This document shows positions 8,956 through 18,554 of a stretch of DNA of 64,000 nucleotides, in pieces (positions within the stretch are counted from its first letter, which is position 1; each line of letters opens with the position of its first letter). Origin of the DNA: a virus (Duplodnaviria; Caudoviricetes); the IMG/VR virus record IMGVR_UViG_3300022074_005559; one strand, given 5' to 3'. The notes under the pieces are model-generated. The model saw only the letters and a list, made by a program, of their open reading frames with translations. It made no database searches and had not been told where the DNA came from. The position numbers and the translations under genes are program-made.

Positions 8956-9584
8956 AAACCTTAATTATTGCTGCAGGTCCACAGGGCAGTGGCAATCACT
9001 TGTATGCTAAAATATTTGGCAGCAATCCAAGTGTGTTTGCTTGGGAAAATCTACAGCACAAATACTGGGAAGGTCATGACATGGAACCTTTTGCAGACTG
9101 CTGGGAGACACCAGAACTGCTACTGGAGTTTGACACCAGCACACACAACTACTACTATACCAGCATGGGCTGTCCTTATGTGTACGATGGCGAAACACGA
9201 ATACCTAAGTTTGAACAATTTCATACATACGCACTACAGAAGTTTGATAGTGTACGTTACATGATAATAGGTAGAGATCGCAACATACTAGAACATCAAC
9301 AACAGCGTGTTAGAGGCAGACACAGTACACCAGACTTTCTACAACAGTTGTCATTTTTTATGAACAAAAATCCAGTTTTTGTAAGCCAAGAATTGATCTA
9401 CTTGTACGGCTTGCCCTATATACACAACATAGAATCTCAGTTGGGTATACCTTGTAATACCTGTACTGATCAGATCAACTCTATACTTGAACAAGATAAA
9501 AACCGCAAATACATGCAATACGTTGAACACACAGAACTAGACGAATTGATAAAACTTGCCAGCAGTGCCAGAGGTGCCTTATAG
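8952..9584 (+). CDS. Sulfotransferase-like P-loop protein
   Basis: IIAAGPQGSGNHLYAKIF, IIGRD. Confidence 0.5.
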   Translation: MKTLIIAAGPQGSGNHLYAKIFGSNPSVFAWENLQHKYWEGHDMEPFADCWETPELLLEFDTSTHNYYYTSMGCPYVYDGETRIPKFEQFHTYALQKFDSVRYMIIGRDRNILEHQQQRVRGRHSTPDFLQQLSFFMNKNPVFVSQELIYLYGLPYIHNIESQLGIPCNTCTDQINSILEQDKNRKYMQYVEHTELDELIKLASSARGAL

Positions 9585-9802
9585 TGGTTAACTATATAAA
9601 GTATGCTAGTGCAGTGACTATCCTCATAGCGATGGTCCTGCATGTTGCTGGTTTAACTCCATGGAATAGTATTGTACAAATGCTGGGTGCAGCAGGCTGG
9701 ATCTATGTTGGATATCGTTGGAATGAAAAAGCAATCATATTGAACTTTCTTCCGCAGTTTGCAATAATAATACCAATGTTAATAGGATTATATCTAATAT
9801 GA
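9584..9802 (+). CDS. Small membrane protein (3 TM)
   Basis: 72 aa hydrophobic ORF translationally coupled to both neighbours. Confidence 0.6.
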   Translation: MVNYIKYASAVTILIAMVLHVAGLTPWNSIVQMLGAAGWIYVGYRWNEKAIILNFLPQFAIIIPMLIGLYLI

Positions 9803-10530
9803 CAGTGCTTATCAGCGGTGGAGATAGTTTCACTGCCGGCAATGAACTACCTAGTGCAGAACATGCTTGGTGTGCATTACTAGCAGAACGCCGAGGATGG
9901 AACCATTGCCCTACTGCACGAGGCGGAAATAGCAATAGTGCTATACGCCGCAACGTAATGAATGCAGTACACAAGTATAAGGATTTAGATTTATTTGTTG
10001 CAGTGATGTGGAGTTTTCCTAATCGCTACGAGTTCCGCTTTACTTACGACACAGGGCATAAAGATAGTCCATGGTATAGTATAAATCCTTGGACACACAA
10101 TGACCAAAACTTTGCTGATCATTTTCACAGTATGGATGAAGATATACTTCGTTTGCAAAAAGAAAATCGCGAAAACGCAGAACAGCGTGGCATGAGCGAG
10201 TTTGCAAGAATGTATGTAGACCAAGTAGCAGACAGCGAATATTGGGAACTATACACAAGTTGGTGTGAGATTGTTATGTTGCAAAACTATTTGCTAGAAC
10301 ATGATATTCCTTTCCGCTTTATGTATGTAGACAACAGCCTATTTGAATGCAACGTTGAAATGGACGCAAGTCTTAAAACACTAAGACAAAGCATACACAA
10401 CGCCTGGTTTATATACGATGAAGGCATGTACAACTGGGCAAAACGCACTGAGCAAGAGTTTTATACAACTCATCCTCGAGAGAGTGCGCACATAGAATGG
10501 ATAAATATGTTATACGATAGGATAGTATAA
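9799..10530 (+). CDS. SGNH/GDSL-like hydrolase-fold protein
   Basis: ISGGDSFTAG, GGNSN, VMWSFPNR, C-terminal THP..AH. Confidence 0.5.
   Translation: MTVLISGGDSFTAGNELPSAEHAWCALLAERRGWNHCPTARGGNSNSAIRRNVMNAVHKYKDLDLFVAVMWSFPNRYEFRFTYDTGHKDSPWYSINPWTHNDQNFADHFHSMDEDILRLQKENRENAEQRGMSEFARMYVDQVADSEYWELYTSWCEIVMLQNYLLEHDIPFRFMYVDNSLFECNVEMDASLKTLRQSIHNAWFIYDEGMYNWAKRTEQEFYTTHPRESAHIEWINMLYDRIV
10500..10507 (+). promoter_or_regulatory. T4-like late promoter (GATAAATA)
   Basis: Octamer 22 nt upstream of 10530, ahead of the lysis operon. Confidence 0.5.
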
Positions 10531-11054
10531 TGGATATTGTTGACATCATCAAAAATACAAAAACGATCTACATGAGCGAGAGCAGTCTCGAGACTATGAT
10601 GGACATTGAGCGTGTGCTTGATAGTTTGGACATATATGCATTTAAGAACTGGAAAAAAGGCGAACTAGTCGAAGGACCTATTCTTAAAAAGCACTGGGTT
10701 GAATCAACATTTATGTGGCCCAAAAAATCAATGCCTGATCCAGATGGTGCAAAACGTTTACTAGGATACAATGCAAAAGTTACTTTTACTGAAAGTAGTC
10801 TTAGTACTCCTGTTAAAGTAGAAGACTACAGTGACTTCCGTGCAGGCACTAAGAAACCAAAACTTCGTGAAGATCCTGTTTGGCTAGTCACAATTAAACT
10901 ACCGATTGAACTTGTCAAAGAGTTTAAAGAAGGTTATACAGAAGTTGAAGGCAGAGATATTGATCTGCAAGAACTAGATGATGCCTATGAAGAAGGGCTA
11001 GATCAAAGCGAACTAATGAACGTAGATAAAAAGGACAAGACAGATGGCGCTTGA
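10530..11054 (+). CDS. Conserved jumbo-phage hypothetical protein
   Basis: 174 aa; ERVLDSLDIYAFKNWKKGELVEGP, PDPDGAKRL recalled as typical of large aquatic phages. Confidence 0.6.
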   Translation: MDIVDIIKNTKTIYMSESSLETMMDIERVLDSLDIYAFKNWKKGELVEGPILKKHWVESTFMWPKKSMPDPDGAKRLLGYNAKVTFTESSLSTPVKVEDYSDFRAGTKKPKLREDPVWLVTIKLPIELVKEFKEGYTEVEGRDIDLQELDDAYEEGLDQSELMNVDKKDKTDGA

Positions 11055-11574
11055 TCCACAGGACCTAGAAGGTCGTATTGAAGACACTGTACACTTTGAC
11101 GAGTACAAACCTAAGATGGGCAAAGATGATGCTGTGATTGTTGCTACATTCAAAGTAATGGGCAAGCAACCTGCATATGACCTAGAAAACTTTATTGAAA
11201 AAGGCTATGATTGGGTTATTGATGCAGAAACAAGTGCAGGCGAAATCAGTGAAGGTCGTTATATAGTATTTGTAGAAGCAGAACGCAGAACCAGTTATCC
11301 ACGCAGGTTCATGGACATGATCAACGATATTAAAAACATCACAGATGTTGAAGATTGGAAAATGGTCTACTATGATCGTCCAGACACAAAACGCAACACA
11401 CAGCAACCACTTTCATTGGAAGCAATGACCAGCAGTATTCCACTTAGTCCAAAACGCTACAGAGATGGAAAACTAGCGGCATCTGCAATGGAAAGTATTC
11501 TTAATACAGCAAGAGTACCACGCTCACACACAGATTTACAAGAGTTCAAAACATATCAACAAAAGGAAAGATAA
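11044..11574 (+). CDS. Hypothetical phage protein
   Basis: 176 aa ORF overlapping the upstream gene; HFDEYKPKMG. Confidence 0.6.
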   Translation: MALDPQDLEGRIEDTVHFDEYKPKMGKDDAVIVATFKVMGKQPAYDLENFIEKGYDWVIDAETSAGEISEGRYIVFVEAERRTSYPRRFMDMINDIKNITDVEDWKMVYYDRPDTKRNTQQPLSLEAMTSSIPLSPKRYRDGKLAASAMESILNTARVPRSHTDLQEFKTYQQKER

Positions 11575-12087
11575 ATGGCTGCAGAAAATTATGTAACCTG
11601 TTTGGAAATGATTCTACATCATGAAGGTGGTTATGTTAACCATCCCAAAGACCCGGGCGGTGAAACTAATTTGGGTGTAACAAAACGTGTATACGAAGAT
11701 TTTGGTGGCACTAAAGACATGAAGGATCTAGTGCGCGAAGACGTTGAACCAATCTACAAACAAAACTACTGGGATCGCATGCGTTGCGATAGTGTACCAG
11801 CAGGTTTGGATTTGTGTTTGTTTGATTTTGGCGTTAACGCTGGCACAGGTCGCAGTGCAAAATATTTACAAACAATGATTGGTACTACCGCAGACGGTGG
11901 TATTGGCCCTAACACTTTAAAGTGTTTGGATGAGTATATCGAGGAAAATGGATTAGAAGCAACAATAACAGAGTTTCAAAATCGTAGACAAGGCTACTAT
12001 GAGAGCCTAAGTACTTTTGAAACATTTGGCAGAGGTTGGACACGCCGTGTTGACGAAACAACTGAAGCCGCCCTTGATATGATTTAG
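11575..12087 (+). CDS. Endolysin, glycoside hydrolase family 108 with peptidoglycan-binding domain
   Basis: HEGGYVNHPKDPGGETNLGVT, LFDFGVNAG, DGGIGPNT, FGRGWTRR. Confidence 0.92.
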   Translation: MAAENYVTCLEMILHHEGGYVNHPKDPGGETNLGVTKRVYEDFGGTKDMKDLVREDVEPIYKQNYWDRMRCDSVPAGLDLCLFDFGVNAGTGRSAKYLQTMIGTTADGGIGPNTLKCLDEYIEENGLEATITEFQNRRQGYYESLSTFETFGRGWTRRVDETTEAALDMI

Positions 12088-12096
12088 GAGAGAAAC

Positions 12097-12345
12097 ATGG
12101 GTTTTGCATTTGATACACCTAACAACCCGTATAGTTCGGCTATGTCAGAAGCAGATATTGATACATGGTGGTCTGCACATGTTCCTACTAGAGAAACATG
12201 GTGGGATGACGCACACGGCTACATAATGCGTGATATTGGAAGCCGTATACCAGTAGGACATACAATAGAACATGGTGTTAATGAAGCAGGCACAAGTTAC
12301 TATCTTACTATAAGCGGGCCAGCCATTAACAAAAGCTGGACATGA
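12097..12345 (+). CDS. Hypothetical protein
   Basis: 82 aa, AGGAG SD. Confidence 0.55.
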   Translation: MGFAFDTPNNPYSSAMSEADIDTWWSAHVPTRETWWDDAHGYIMRDIGSRIPVGHTIEHGVNEAGTSYYLTISGPAINKSWT

Positions 12346-12536
12346 TTGCCTGTCAAAACTGTGGGCATCCGGCCCATTGCGATGGCCCATTGTGGATACA
12401 AAGTAATGCACTTCAAGACGGTGGCGACTATCACTACAAAGCATGCGAATGTTGCCGTTGTGACAACTGTACACCTGCAGTAGAAGTAAAAGAAGAGAAA
12501 AAAGATATACCAACAAGTTTTCTCAACGGACTATAG
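12342..12536 (+). CDS. Small Cys/His-rich (zinc-binding-like) protein
   Basis: CQNCGHPAHC...CECCRCDNC. Confidence 0.55.
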   Translation: MIACQNCGHPAHCDGPLWIQSNALQDGGDYHYKACECCRCDNCTPAVEVKEEKKDIPTSFLNGL

Positions 12537-12545
12537 GAGAAATCA

Positions 12546-12710
12546 ATGATTAAAAAATGGATTGATTCACGTATGAAAGAACGCACAACCTGGGACGGTG
12601 CGGCACTTATTATTCTAGGACTATTGACACTGTTTTTTGCAGGGCTAGCAAAGATTGTTGCAGGCATTGCTATTGCATACGGTGCATGGACTATTTGGAA
12701 AAGTGAATGA
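12546..12710 (+). CDS. Small 2-TM protein, holin candidate (54 aa, not in ORF track)
   Basis: AGGAG SD; MIKKWIDSRMKERTTWDGAALIILGLLTLFFAGLAKIVAGIAIAYGAWTIWKSE; lies between endolysin and spanins. Confidence 0.6.
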   Translation: MIKKWIDSRMKERTTWDGAALIILGLLTLFFAGLAKIVAGIAIAYGAWTIWKSE

Positions 12711-13201
12711 TAAAAGTTTATGCATTGGTAATAGTGTTAGGTGTTCTTGGCATCGCAGGATATGGTGCCAAGTATTACTATGATACTACCCAAGCAACTA
12801 TTGCAACACTGCGTGACAACAACGCTAAACTAGAAGTTGCAATAGAAACCAGCGAAGCAAGCATTGCTACACTACAACAAGAAGCAGTTAAAAATGCAGA
12901 GCTTACAAAACAACTACAAGGCAAACTACAAGTAGCAGAAGCGTATGGAGATAACTTACGCAAAAGACTAAGACAGTTAGACTTAGTTGCAGATGCTATT
13001 AATGATGCAGAAGATTTAGAAGGTAGAATGAACCGTGCTACAGCAAAACTATGGCGCGACATTGAAACTGATACTGGCGGGTCTGGCGATGCTCCTCTTC
13101 CTAAGTGGGTGCAGCCGATTCCAACCGGAGCCGGAAGTGAAAGTGGTAACACAAGTAACCAAAGTGACAGTTCCAATAGTAGCCCGACCAAAACCGATTG
13201 A
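12707..13201 (+). CDS. Inner-membrane spanin (Rz-like)
   Basis: Single N-terminal TM followed by a long coiled coil; overlaps a downstream lipoprotein gene in another frame. Confidence 0.75.
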   Translation: MIKVYALVIVLGVLGIAGYGAKYYYDTTQATIATLRDNNAKLEVAIETSEASIATLQQEAVKNAELTKQLQGKLQVAEAYGDNLRKRLRQLDLVADAINDAEDLEGRMNRATAKLWRDIETDTGGSGDAPLPKWVQPIPTGAGSESGNTSNQSDSSNSSPTKTD

Positions 13202-13448
13202 CCTTTACGACGTACAAGTAAGAGTAGTAAACAAAGAAACTTTGGATGAGTTTATCCAAGAGTTTACTGCTGAAAACGGTGAACTTGCAATAGTTGCACT
13301 GAGCATGCGTGACTATGAAAACCTAGCTCTAAACATCAGCGAACTGCGCCGATATCTCAATCAACAAACAGAGATTATTATCTATTACGAAGAAGCTCAA
13401 AAACCAGATGCGGCATCAGACAACAAAGAAAACTCTAAAACAAACTAA
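13035..13448 (+). CDS. Outer-membrane spanin (Rz1-like lipoprotein)
   Basis: Lipobox LLFLSGC, Pro-rich stretch, overlapped architecture with Rz; exact start uncertain. Confidence 0.75.
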   Translation: MLQQNYGATLKLILAGLAMLLFLSGCSRFQPEPEVKVVTQVTKVTVPIVARPKPIDLYDVQVRVVNKETLDEFIQEFTAENGELAIVALSMRDYENLALNISELRRYLNQQTEIIIYYEEAQKPDAASDNKENSKTN

Positions 13449-14220
13449 CACTCGTTACGGTAACATGCTATATATAGAAGACGATCCTAGTATAGGACGT
13501 AGTCTTGAACTGTATGGCGAATACTGTCATTTAGAAGTTGAAGCAATAAAAAGTCTGTGTACACAGGATAGTTGGGTTGTAGATGTAGGCGCAAATATTG
13601 GTGTACACACAGTAGGTATTGCTCCATATGTCAATCGTGTTATAGCATTAGAGCCCGACGGAGATAACTTCGACGTGCTTGTCAAAAACTGTAGTATGTG
13701 TGCTTGTAACAATGTAACCACAACTAGACTTGCTCTCAGCGATCAAATGGGCGATACAGGCACTGCATTTGATTATGGTAAAACTACACTAACAAGTGGC
13801 ACAGATGTAAAAACTGCCCCGCTGGATATGCTAGGATTGCCTCGAGTAGACTTTGTTAAAATAGACGTAGAAGGTATGGAACTACAAGTACTGTATGGTA
13901 TGCGTGGCACACTTGCAGATAAAAAACCCCACTTATTGATTGAAATGCAAGATCCTACAAAATATAGTAGGATATATGACTACTTAAAGAGTTTTAACTA
14001 CTACATGTATTGGATGCCTGTAAGTACATACAACGCAAACAATAATAAAAACAATCAAGTAAATGTATTTGGCAATCAACACGGAGTTATAAACTGGCTT
14101 TGCAGCGTAACTCAGTTAAATACAACACTACAAGCAGTTGTTGAAAGAGATGACACTGTTGAAAGAATGGTTTGGAGGAGAAGCCAAAATGTGGGAAATG
14201 ATCGAAAGGATGGCAGCTGA
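13408..14220 (+). CDS. FkbM-family methyltransferase
   Basis: VVDVGANIGVHT, ALEP, VDFVKIDVEGMELQVLYG. Confidence 0.88.
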   Translation: MRHQTTKKTLKQTNTRYGNMLYIEDDPSIGRSLELYGEYCHLEVEAIKSLCTQDSWVVDVGANIGVHTVGIAPYVNRVIALEPDGDNFDVLVKNCSMCACNNVTTTRLALSDQMGDTGTAFDYGKTTLTSGTDVKTAPLDMLGLPRVDFVKIDVEGMELQVLYGMRGTLADKKPHLLIEMQDPTKYSRIYDYLKSFNYYMYWMPVSTYNANNNKNNQVNVFGNQHGVINWLCSVTQLNTTLQAVVERDDTVERMVWRRSQNVGNDRKDGS

Positions 14221-14470
14221 CCGTCTCTGGATTTACACAGCAATAGCAGGTTCATTGTTTGGAGCGGCATTTTTATTCTGGTTTAAAGATACACGAATGG
14301 CAATCTGGGCAGTTAGCAAGTTTGACCATACACTAGAGTATTTGGTAACTCGCTGGGGCTGGACTTGGTTGCAAAACGATCCCAATGCTTGGCGTGTAAA
14401 ATATCCAAAAATAACAAGCAAGATTGATGAGCTTGAAGCAAGAATCAAAGACCTTGAGGAGAGAAAATAA
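14189..14470 (+). CDS. Membrane protein with C-terminal coiled coil
   Basis: GGAGG SD before MWEMIER; one TM segment. Confidence 0.6.
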   Translation: MWEMIERMAADRLWIYTAIAGSLFGAAFLFWFKDTRMAIWAVSKFDHTLEYLVTRWGWTWLQNDPNAWRVKYPKITSKIDELEARIKDLEERK

Positions 14471-14802
14471 TGGCTGAGGAAGAAATCAAAGCCGCAGGAT
14501 ATCACCCTGCAGATACTAACGGTGATGGTAAAGTCACTAATGAAGAACATGCACTGTACATGGAGTTTAAACGTAAAGAACTAGAAGATGCAGATGCTCG
14601 TAGAGATGCAATGCGTACAATGACTTGGTTTGCACTAGGTGGTATGTTGCTTTATCCTGCATTAATACTTTTAACAAGTTTACTGGGACAAGAGAAAGCA
14701 GCAAGTATTATCGGAGATATTGCTCCTACTTACTTTGTTGCAATCGCTGGTTTAGTTGCCGCATATTTTGGCGCAAACGCTTACGCAGACAAAAAGAAAT
14801 AA
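14470..14802 (+). CDS. 2-TM membrane protein with EF-hand-like loop, holin candidate
   Basis: DTNGDGKVTNEE loop, two hydrophobic helices, basic C-terminus. Confidence 0.55.
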   Translation: MAEEEIKAAGYHPADTNGDGKVTNEEHALYMEFKRKELEDADARRDAMRTMTWFALGGMLLYPALILLTSLLGQEKAASIIGDIAPTYFVAIAGLVAAYFGANAYADKKK

Positions 14803-14803
14803 C

Positions 14804-14832
14804 TTTACAACCTAGTCCTAGTCATATATAAT
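14804..14832 (+). promoter_or_regulatory. Sigma70-type promoter
   Basis: TTTACA-17nt-TATAAT; the ATG at 14839 follows almost directly, so possibly a leaderless mRNA. Confidence 0.6.
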
Positions 14833-14838
14833 ACTATA

Positions 14839-15666
14839 ATGAACTACTATGATATACTAGGACTAGAACCTACCTGCAGTCCGCAAGAAATAACAAAAGC
14901 ATACAGGCGCCTTGCAATGGATTATCATCCTGACAGAGGCGGCGATGAACAACGCTTTCATGAAATAAGTGAAGCATATGATGTGCTTAAAGATCCGCAT
15001 AAACGTGCGGCATTTGACCATCGCAGAACTCGTATACATGTAAACACTGGCAACATGGACAGTGTGTTTGATGATATGTTTACAGTGTTTGGTGGTGCAG
15101 GGTTTCATCCTAGTAAGCGTGAATACCATCGTAAAAAGCAAAATAAAAATCTTGGAATAACAGTTGATCTCACACTAGAAGAAATATTGCATGAGCAATA
15201 TAAAACTGTAAGTATCAAACACACAGACGGTAGCAGACATTTAGTAGAGCTAAAAATACCTGCTAGTGTTAACACAGGCACAAAGATTAAGTATAGTGGG
15301 CTAGGAGACAAAGCAAGAACAGATATACCTCCGGGGGATCTTACTGTTACTGTTAATGTACTTGACCATGACGTGTTTTACAGAGAAGAATACAACTTAA
15401 AACAACACTTGACAATCAGTGTGTGGGATGCTATAATAGGTACAGTAGTTCAAGTTAAGACACTAGAACAAAAACTAATAAATCTCACCATACCCGCTGG
15501 CACACAATATGGTGCCACACTACGAATACCACATCACGGACTTTACACTAAACAAGCAGCACGAGGCGATTTGCTTGTGCAGTTGTTAGTAAAAATACCT
15601 GAAAACCTGTCTGAACAACAGTTAAATATATGTACAAAACTAAGGGACGATAATGAGAACCGCTAA
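14839..15666 (+). CDS. DnaJ/CbpA-type co-chaperone (no Zn finger)
   Basis: NYYDILG..YHPD J-domain; C-terminal DnaJ domain (PGDLTV, ISVWDAIIG, IPAGTQ, RGDLLV). Confidence 0.9.
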   Translation: MNYYDILGLEPTCSPQEITKAYRRLAMDYHPDRGGDEQRFHEISEAYDVLKDPHKRAAFDHRRTRIHVNTGNMDSVFDDMFTVFGGAGFHPSKREYHRKKQNKNLGITVDLTLEEILHEQYKTVSIKHTDGSRHLVELKIPASVNTGTKIKYSGLGDKARTDIPPGDLTVTVNVLDHDVFYREEYNLKQHLTISVWDAIIGTVVQVKTLEQKLINLTIPAGTQYGATLRIPHHGLYTKQAARGDLLVQLLVKIPENLSEQQLNICTKLRDDNENR

Positions 15667-17920
15667 AGAAGTTGATAAGTGTTTAGAAACTGCAACTAAT
15701 ATTGCAAACAAATACGGACACAGGTACATCAGTACTGAACATATGCTATTGGCTATACTAATAAATGCCGACTTTGCTGTTATGTTAAGAGACTTTGGTG
15801 TACAACTAGACGAACTAGTAGATGATTTAGAAAGCCATATTGTTGATAGTTACGCAAAAGTAAAGCAAAGCCTACCACAAACAAAAACACAAAGTTTAGA
15901 GCGTGTGTTTAATCGTGCGCTGACTAGTGTGCTTTTTAGTGGCAGAGAAACCGTAACATTGTTAGACGTATTCATTAGTATAATGAGTGAAAACAATAGT
16001 CACAGTAGTTATTTCCTAATGAAGTACAGTGTCAACAAGGATGACTTTGTAAACTTTATTAAGAGCAACAACAAACATGCAGCGGTTGCAAATCAAAAAG
16101 AACAATACTACGAAGGTGTTATCAACGAATATTGTGAAGATTTAACAGAGCAAGCCGAAGCAGGAAAACTAGATCCTGTGATTGGCAGAGACGATATTAT
16201 AGATGAGATTACTCAAACATTTGCTAGACGTAACAAAAGTAATGTGCTTATGGTAGGTGATCCCGGCGTTGGTAAAACAGCAGTTGCAGAAGGACTTGCT
16301 GTAAAGATAGTAAACAAACAAGTACCCGCATATTTACAAGACCATACTGTTTTCAATCTAGATGTAGGGACTATGCTTGCAGGCACACAGTATCGTGGAC
16401 AGTTCGAAGAACGTGTGAAAGAAGTACTGGATGCACTGATTGCAAAACAAAAGTGCATACTTTTTATTGACGAAGCACACACTCTTAAAGGAGCAGGCGG
16501 CGGTGCTAATGGCGGCACAGACTTTGCTAACATGCTAAAGCCTTACTTGGGCAGAGGCAAACTCAAGGTTATTGCAAGCACTACCTGGGAAGAATACAAC
16601 AGTAGTTTTGAAAAAGACCGTGCGCTGATGCGCCGTTTCTATCATGTAACCGTCACAGAACCTACACCACAACTAGCAAAAGAAATACTTGAGAACAGCA
16701 AGAAATATTATGAAGCACATCATGCTTGCACTATTGGCACTGACGCTGTACACAGTGCAGTAGACCTTAGTGTTAGATATCTAACAGACAAGAGACTGCC
16801 TGACAAAGCATTTGATATGATTGACAGTGCGGCTGCTAAACAACGCAGAATGGGAGTAACAGGTGCGCACATTAGCAAACAAAATATTCTAGAGGAAGTC
16901 AGCAAGTACGCAAAGATTCCTGTAAGTCAACTAGACAACGATAAAGAACATAAAATCGTTCCTCAACAAGTGGAAGACCGCATTAAGAGCAAAGTGTACG
17001 GTCAAGATACCGCAGTTGATGCAGTGCTTGATAAAGTTTGGGTTGCCAAAGCGGGACTTAATCTCAGCGACAAGACACTGGGTGTATTTGTGTTTACAGG
17101 CCCAACTGGTACAGGTAAAACAGAACTTGCAAAACAACTAGCAGATGCAAACAGCATGAAACTGTTGCGCTATGATATGAGCGAGTATCAAGAACGACAT
17201 ACAGTAGCACGTTTTATCGGTGCACCTCCAGGCTATGTAGGGTACGAGGATAACAATCTAAGTGGCGGCATGCTGATCAGAGATATTGAACGCAATCCAC
17301 ATGCAGTAATACTATTTGATGAGATTGAAAAAGCACACCCAGATGTAGCCAATGTACTGTTGCAGTTAATGGATGAAGGCTTTGTAACAGGATCAAATGG
17401 CAAACGTGCAGATGCTAGGAACTGTTTTGTTATTCTTACAACTAATCTAGGTGCAGCAGATGCAGAAAAGCGTGTGATTGGATTTGGTAATCAAGAACAC
17501 CACGATGAGGCTATAGACGATGCTTTCAAAAAGTTCTTTGCTCCAGAGTTTCGCAATCGTATTGACACAGTTTGTAAGTTTAGTGCATTAGATGAGATTG
17601 CTAAACGTAAAGTCTGTATGAAGTTTATCAAAGACCTGCAAAAGCAACTCAATGAAAAAGGTGTTCTCGTCAACGTTGACGAGCCTAGCATTGACTTATT
17701 GCTTGCTGAAGGCTACGATGAACGCATGGGTGCCAGACCAATGGCAAGAACAGTTGACAAACTGTTGCGTATGCCTATTGCTAAAAAACTGGTTGACAAG
17801 AACGCTAATGGCTGTAAAATAAAAGTAAGAAATGTAGATAACAATATATTAATAAAGTTTAGGTATTTAGATGGAAGCACTGACGAAGTTAGCAGAGAAG
17901 TACAACCTGCAACTGCATGA
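15653..17920 (+). CDS. clpA: ClpA-type ATP-dependent Clp protease ATPase subunit
   Basis: LDPVIGR, GDPGVGKT, FIDEAH, RYLTDKRLPDKAFD, GPTGTGKT, FDEIEKAHPD, IGFG ClpP-docking loop; no ClpB middle domain. Confidence 0.9.
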   Translation: MRTAKEVDKCLETATNIANKYGHRYISTEHMLLAILINADFAVMLRDFGVQLDELVDDLESHIVDSYAKVKQSLPQTKTQSLERVFNRALTSVLFSGRETVTLLDVFISIMSENNSHSSYFLMKYSVNKDDFVNFIKSNNKHAAVANQKEQYYEGVINEYCEDLTEQAEAGKLDPVIGRDDIIDEITQTFARRNKSNVLMVGDPGVGKTAVAEGLAVKIVNKQVPAYLQDHTVFNLDVGTMLAGTQYRGQFEERVKEVLDALIAKQKCILFIDEAHTLKGAGGGANGGTDFANMLKPYLGRGKLKVIASTTWEEYNSSFEKDRALMRRFYHVTVTEPTPQLAKEILENSKKYYEAHHACTIGTDAVHSAVDLSVRYLTDKRLPDKAFDMIDSAAAKQRRMGVTGAHISKQNILEEVSKYAKIPVSQLDNDKEHKIVPQQVEDRIKSKVYGQDTAVDAVLDKVWVAKAGLNLSDKTLGVFVFTGPTGTGKTELAKQLADANSMKLLRYDMSEYQERHTVARFIGAPPGYVGYEDNNLSGGMLIRDIERNPHAVILFDEIEKAHPDVANVLLQLMDEGFVTGSNGKRADARNCFVILTTNLGAADAEKRVIGFGNQEHHDEAIDDAFKKFFAPEFRNRIDTVCKFSALDEIAKRKVCMKFIKDLQKQLNEKGVLVNVDEPSIDLLLAEGYDERMGARPMARTVDKLLRMPIAKKLVDKNANGCKIKVRNVDNNILIKFRYLDGSTDEVSREVQPATA

Positions 17921-18554
17921 AAATGATCGTTTGTTTCATAACAAATATCTATATCGTTTTGAAGTATATGTATACAAATATGCCTTTCCAGAAATACTCC
18001 GTGTACCTACAGTAGACACTTGGGGTTACAAAGTTGACAGTGACAATGCTATAAGTTTTGTTGGCAGTATCCGTAATTTTGCAAAGTCACAGGGTGACAG
18101 GACACGCAGAGAGCAGTGTAGTTTATACTATTATACAAACGAACCAAAAAATCTAGAAAAAGTTATCAAATTTGCTAGCGGGTTCAATGACCTTTGTGAG
18201 AAACATGACCAAGCATTACAACTAGTAGGCATATGGTATTGTACAGCAGATTTTGAAAAGGATGTGCGCTACAGAAAAAAGCGACTTCCGCATGGCAAAT
18301 ACCGTTACCAGCTGCTAGGCGAATGGATGAGCGGTGAAGAATATTCCGACTGGGTAACTTGGGCAAAGCAATATGAAGGTCGTATTCGTTTGCCAGATAA
18401 CACATGGCTGAAAAAATGGGGACCGTGGAACGGTCAAGCTATTGGATATGTTGAAGATGATAAAATGCTACAACTTGTCCGTTTTAAACTTGGGTCAAAA
18501 ATGAAGAAAACAATCGAATATAAAATCAAGGAAGATAAAAAAAATGATGACTGA
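17871..18554 (+). CDS. Hypothetical protein
   Basis: 227 aa ORF, Trp/Tyr rich, coupled to neighbours. Confidence 0.6.
   Translation: MEALTKLAEKYNLQLHENDRLFHNKYLYRFEVYVYKYAFPEILRVPTVDTWGYKVDSDNAISFVGSIRNFAKSQGDRTRREQCSLYYYTNEPKNLEKVIKFASGFNDLCEKHDQALQLVGIWYCTADFEKDVRYRKKRLPHGKYRYQLLGEWMSGEEYSDWVTWAKQYEGRIRLPDNTWLKKWGPWNGQAIGYVEDDKMLQLVRFKLGSKMKKTIEYKIKEDKKNDD

Noticed and set aside
15653-17920. ClpB disaggregase
   Set aside because: No coiled-coil middle domain, and an IGF loop is present, favouring ClpA
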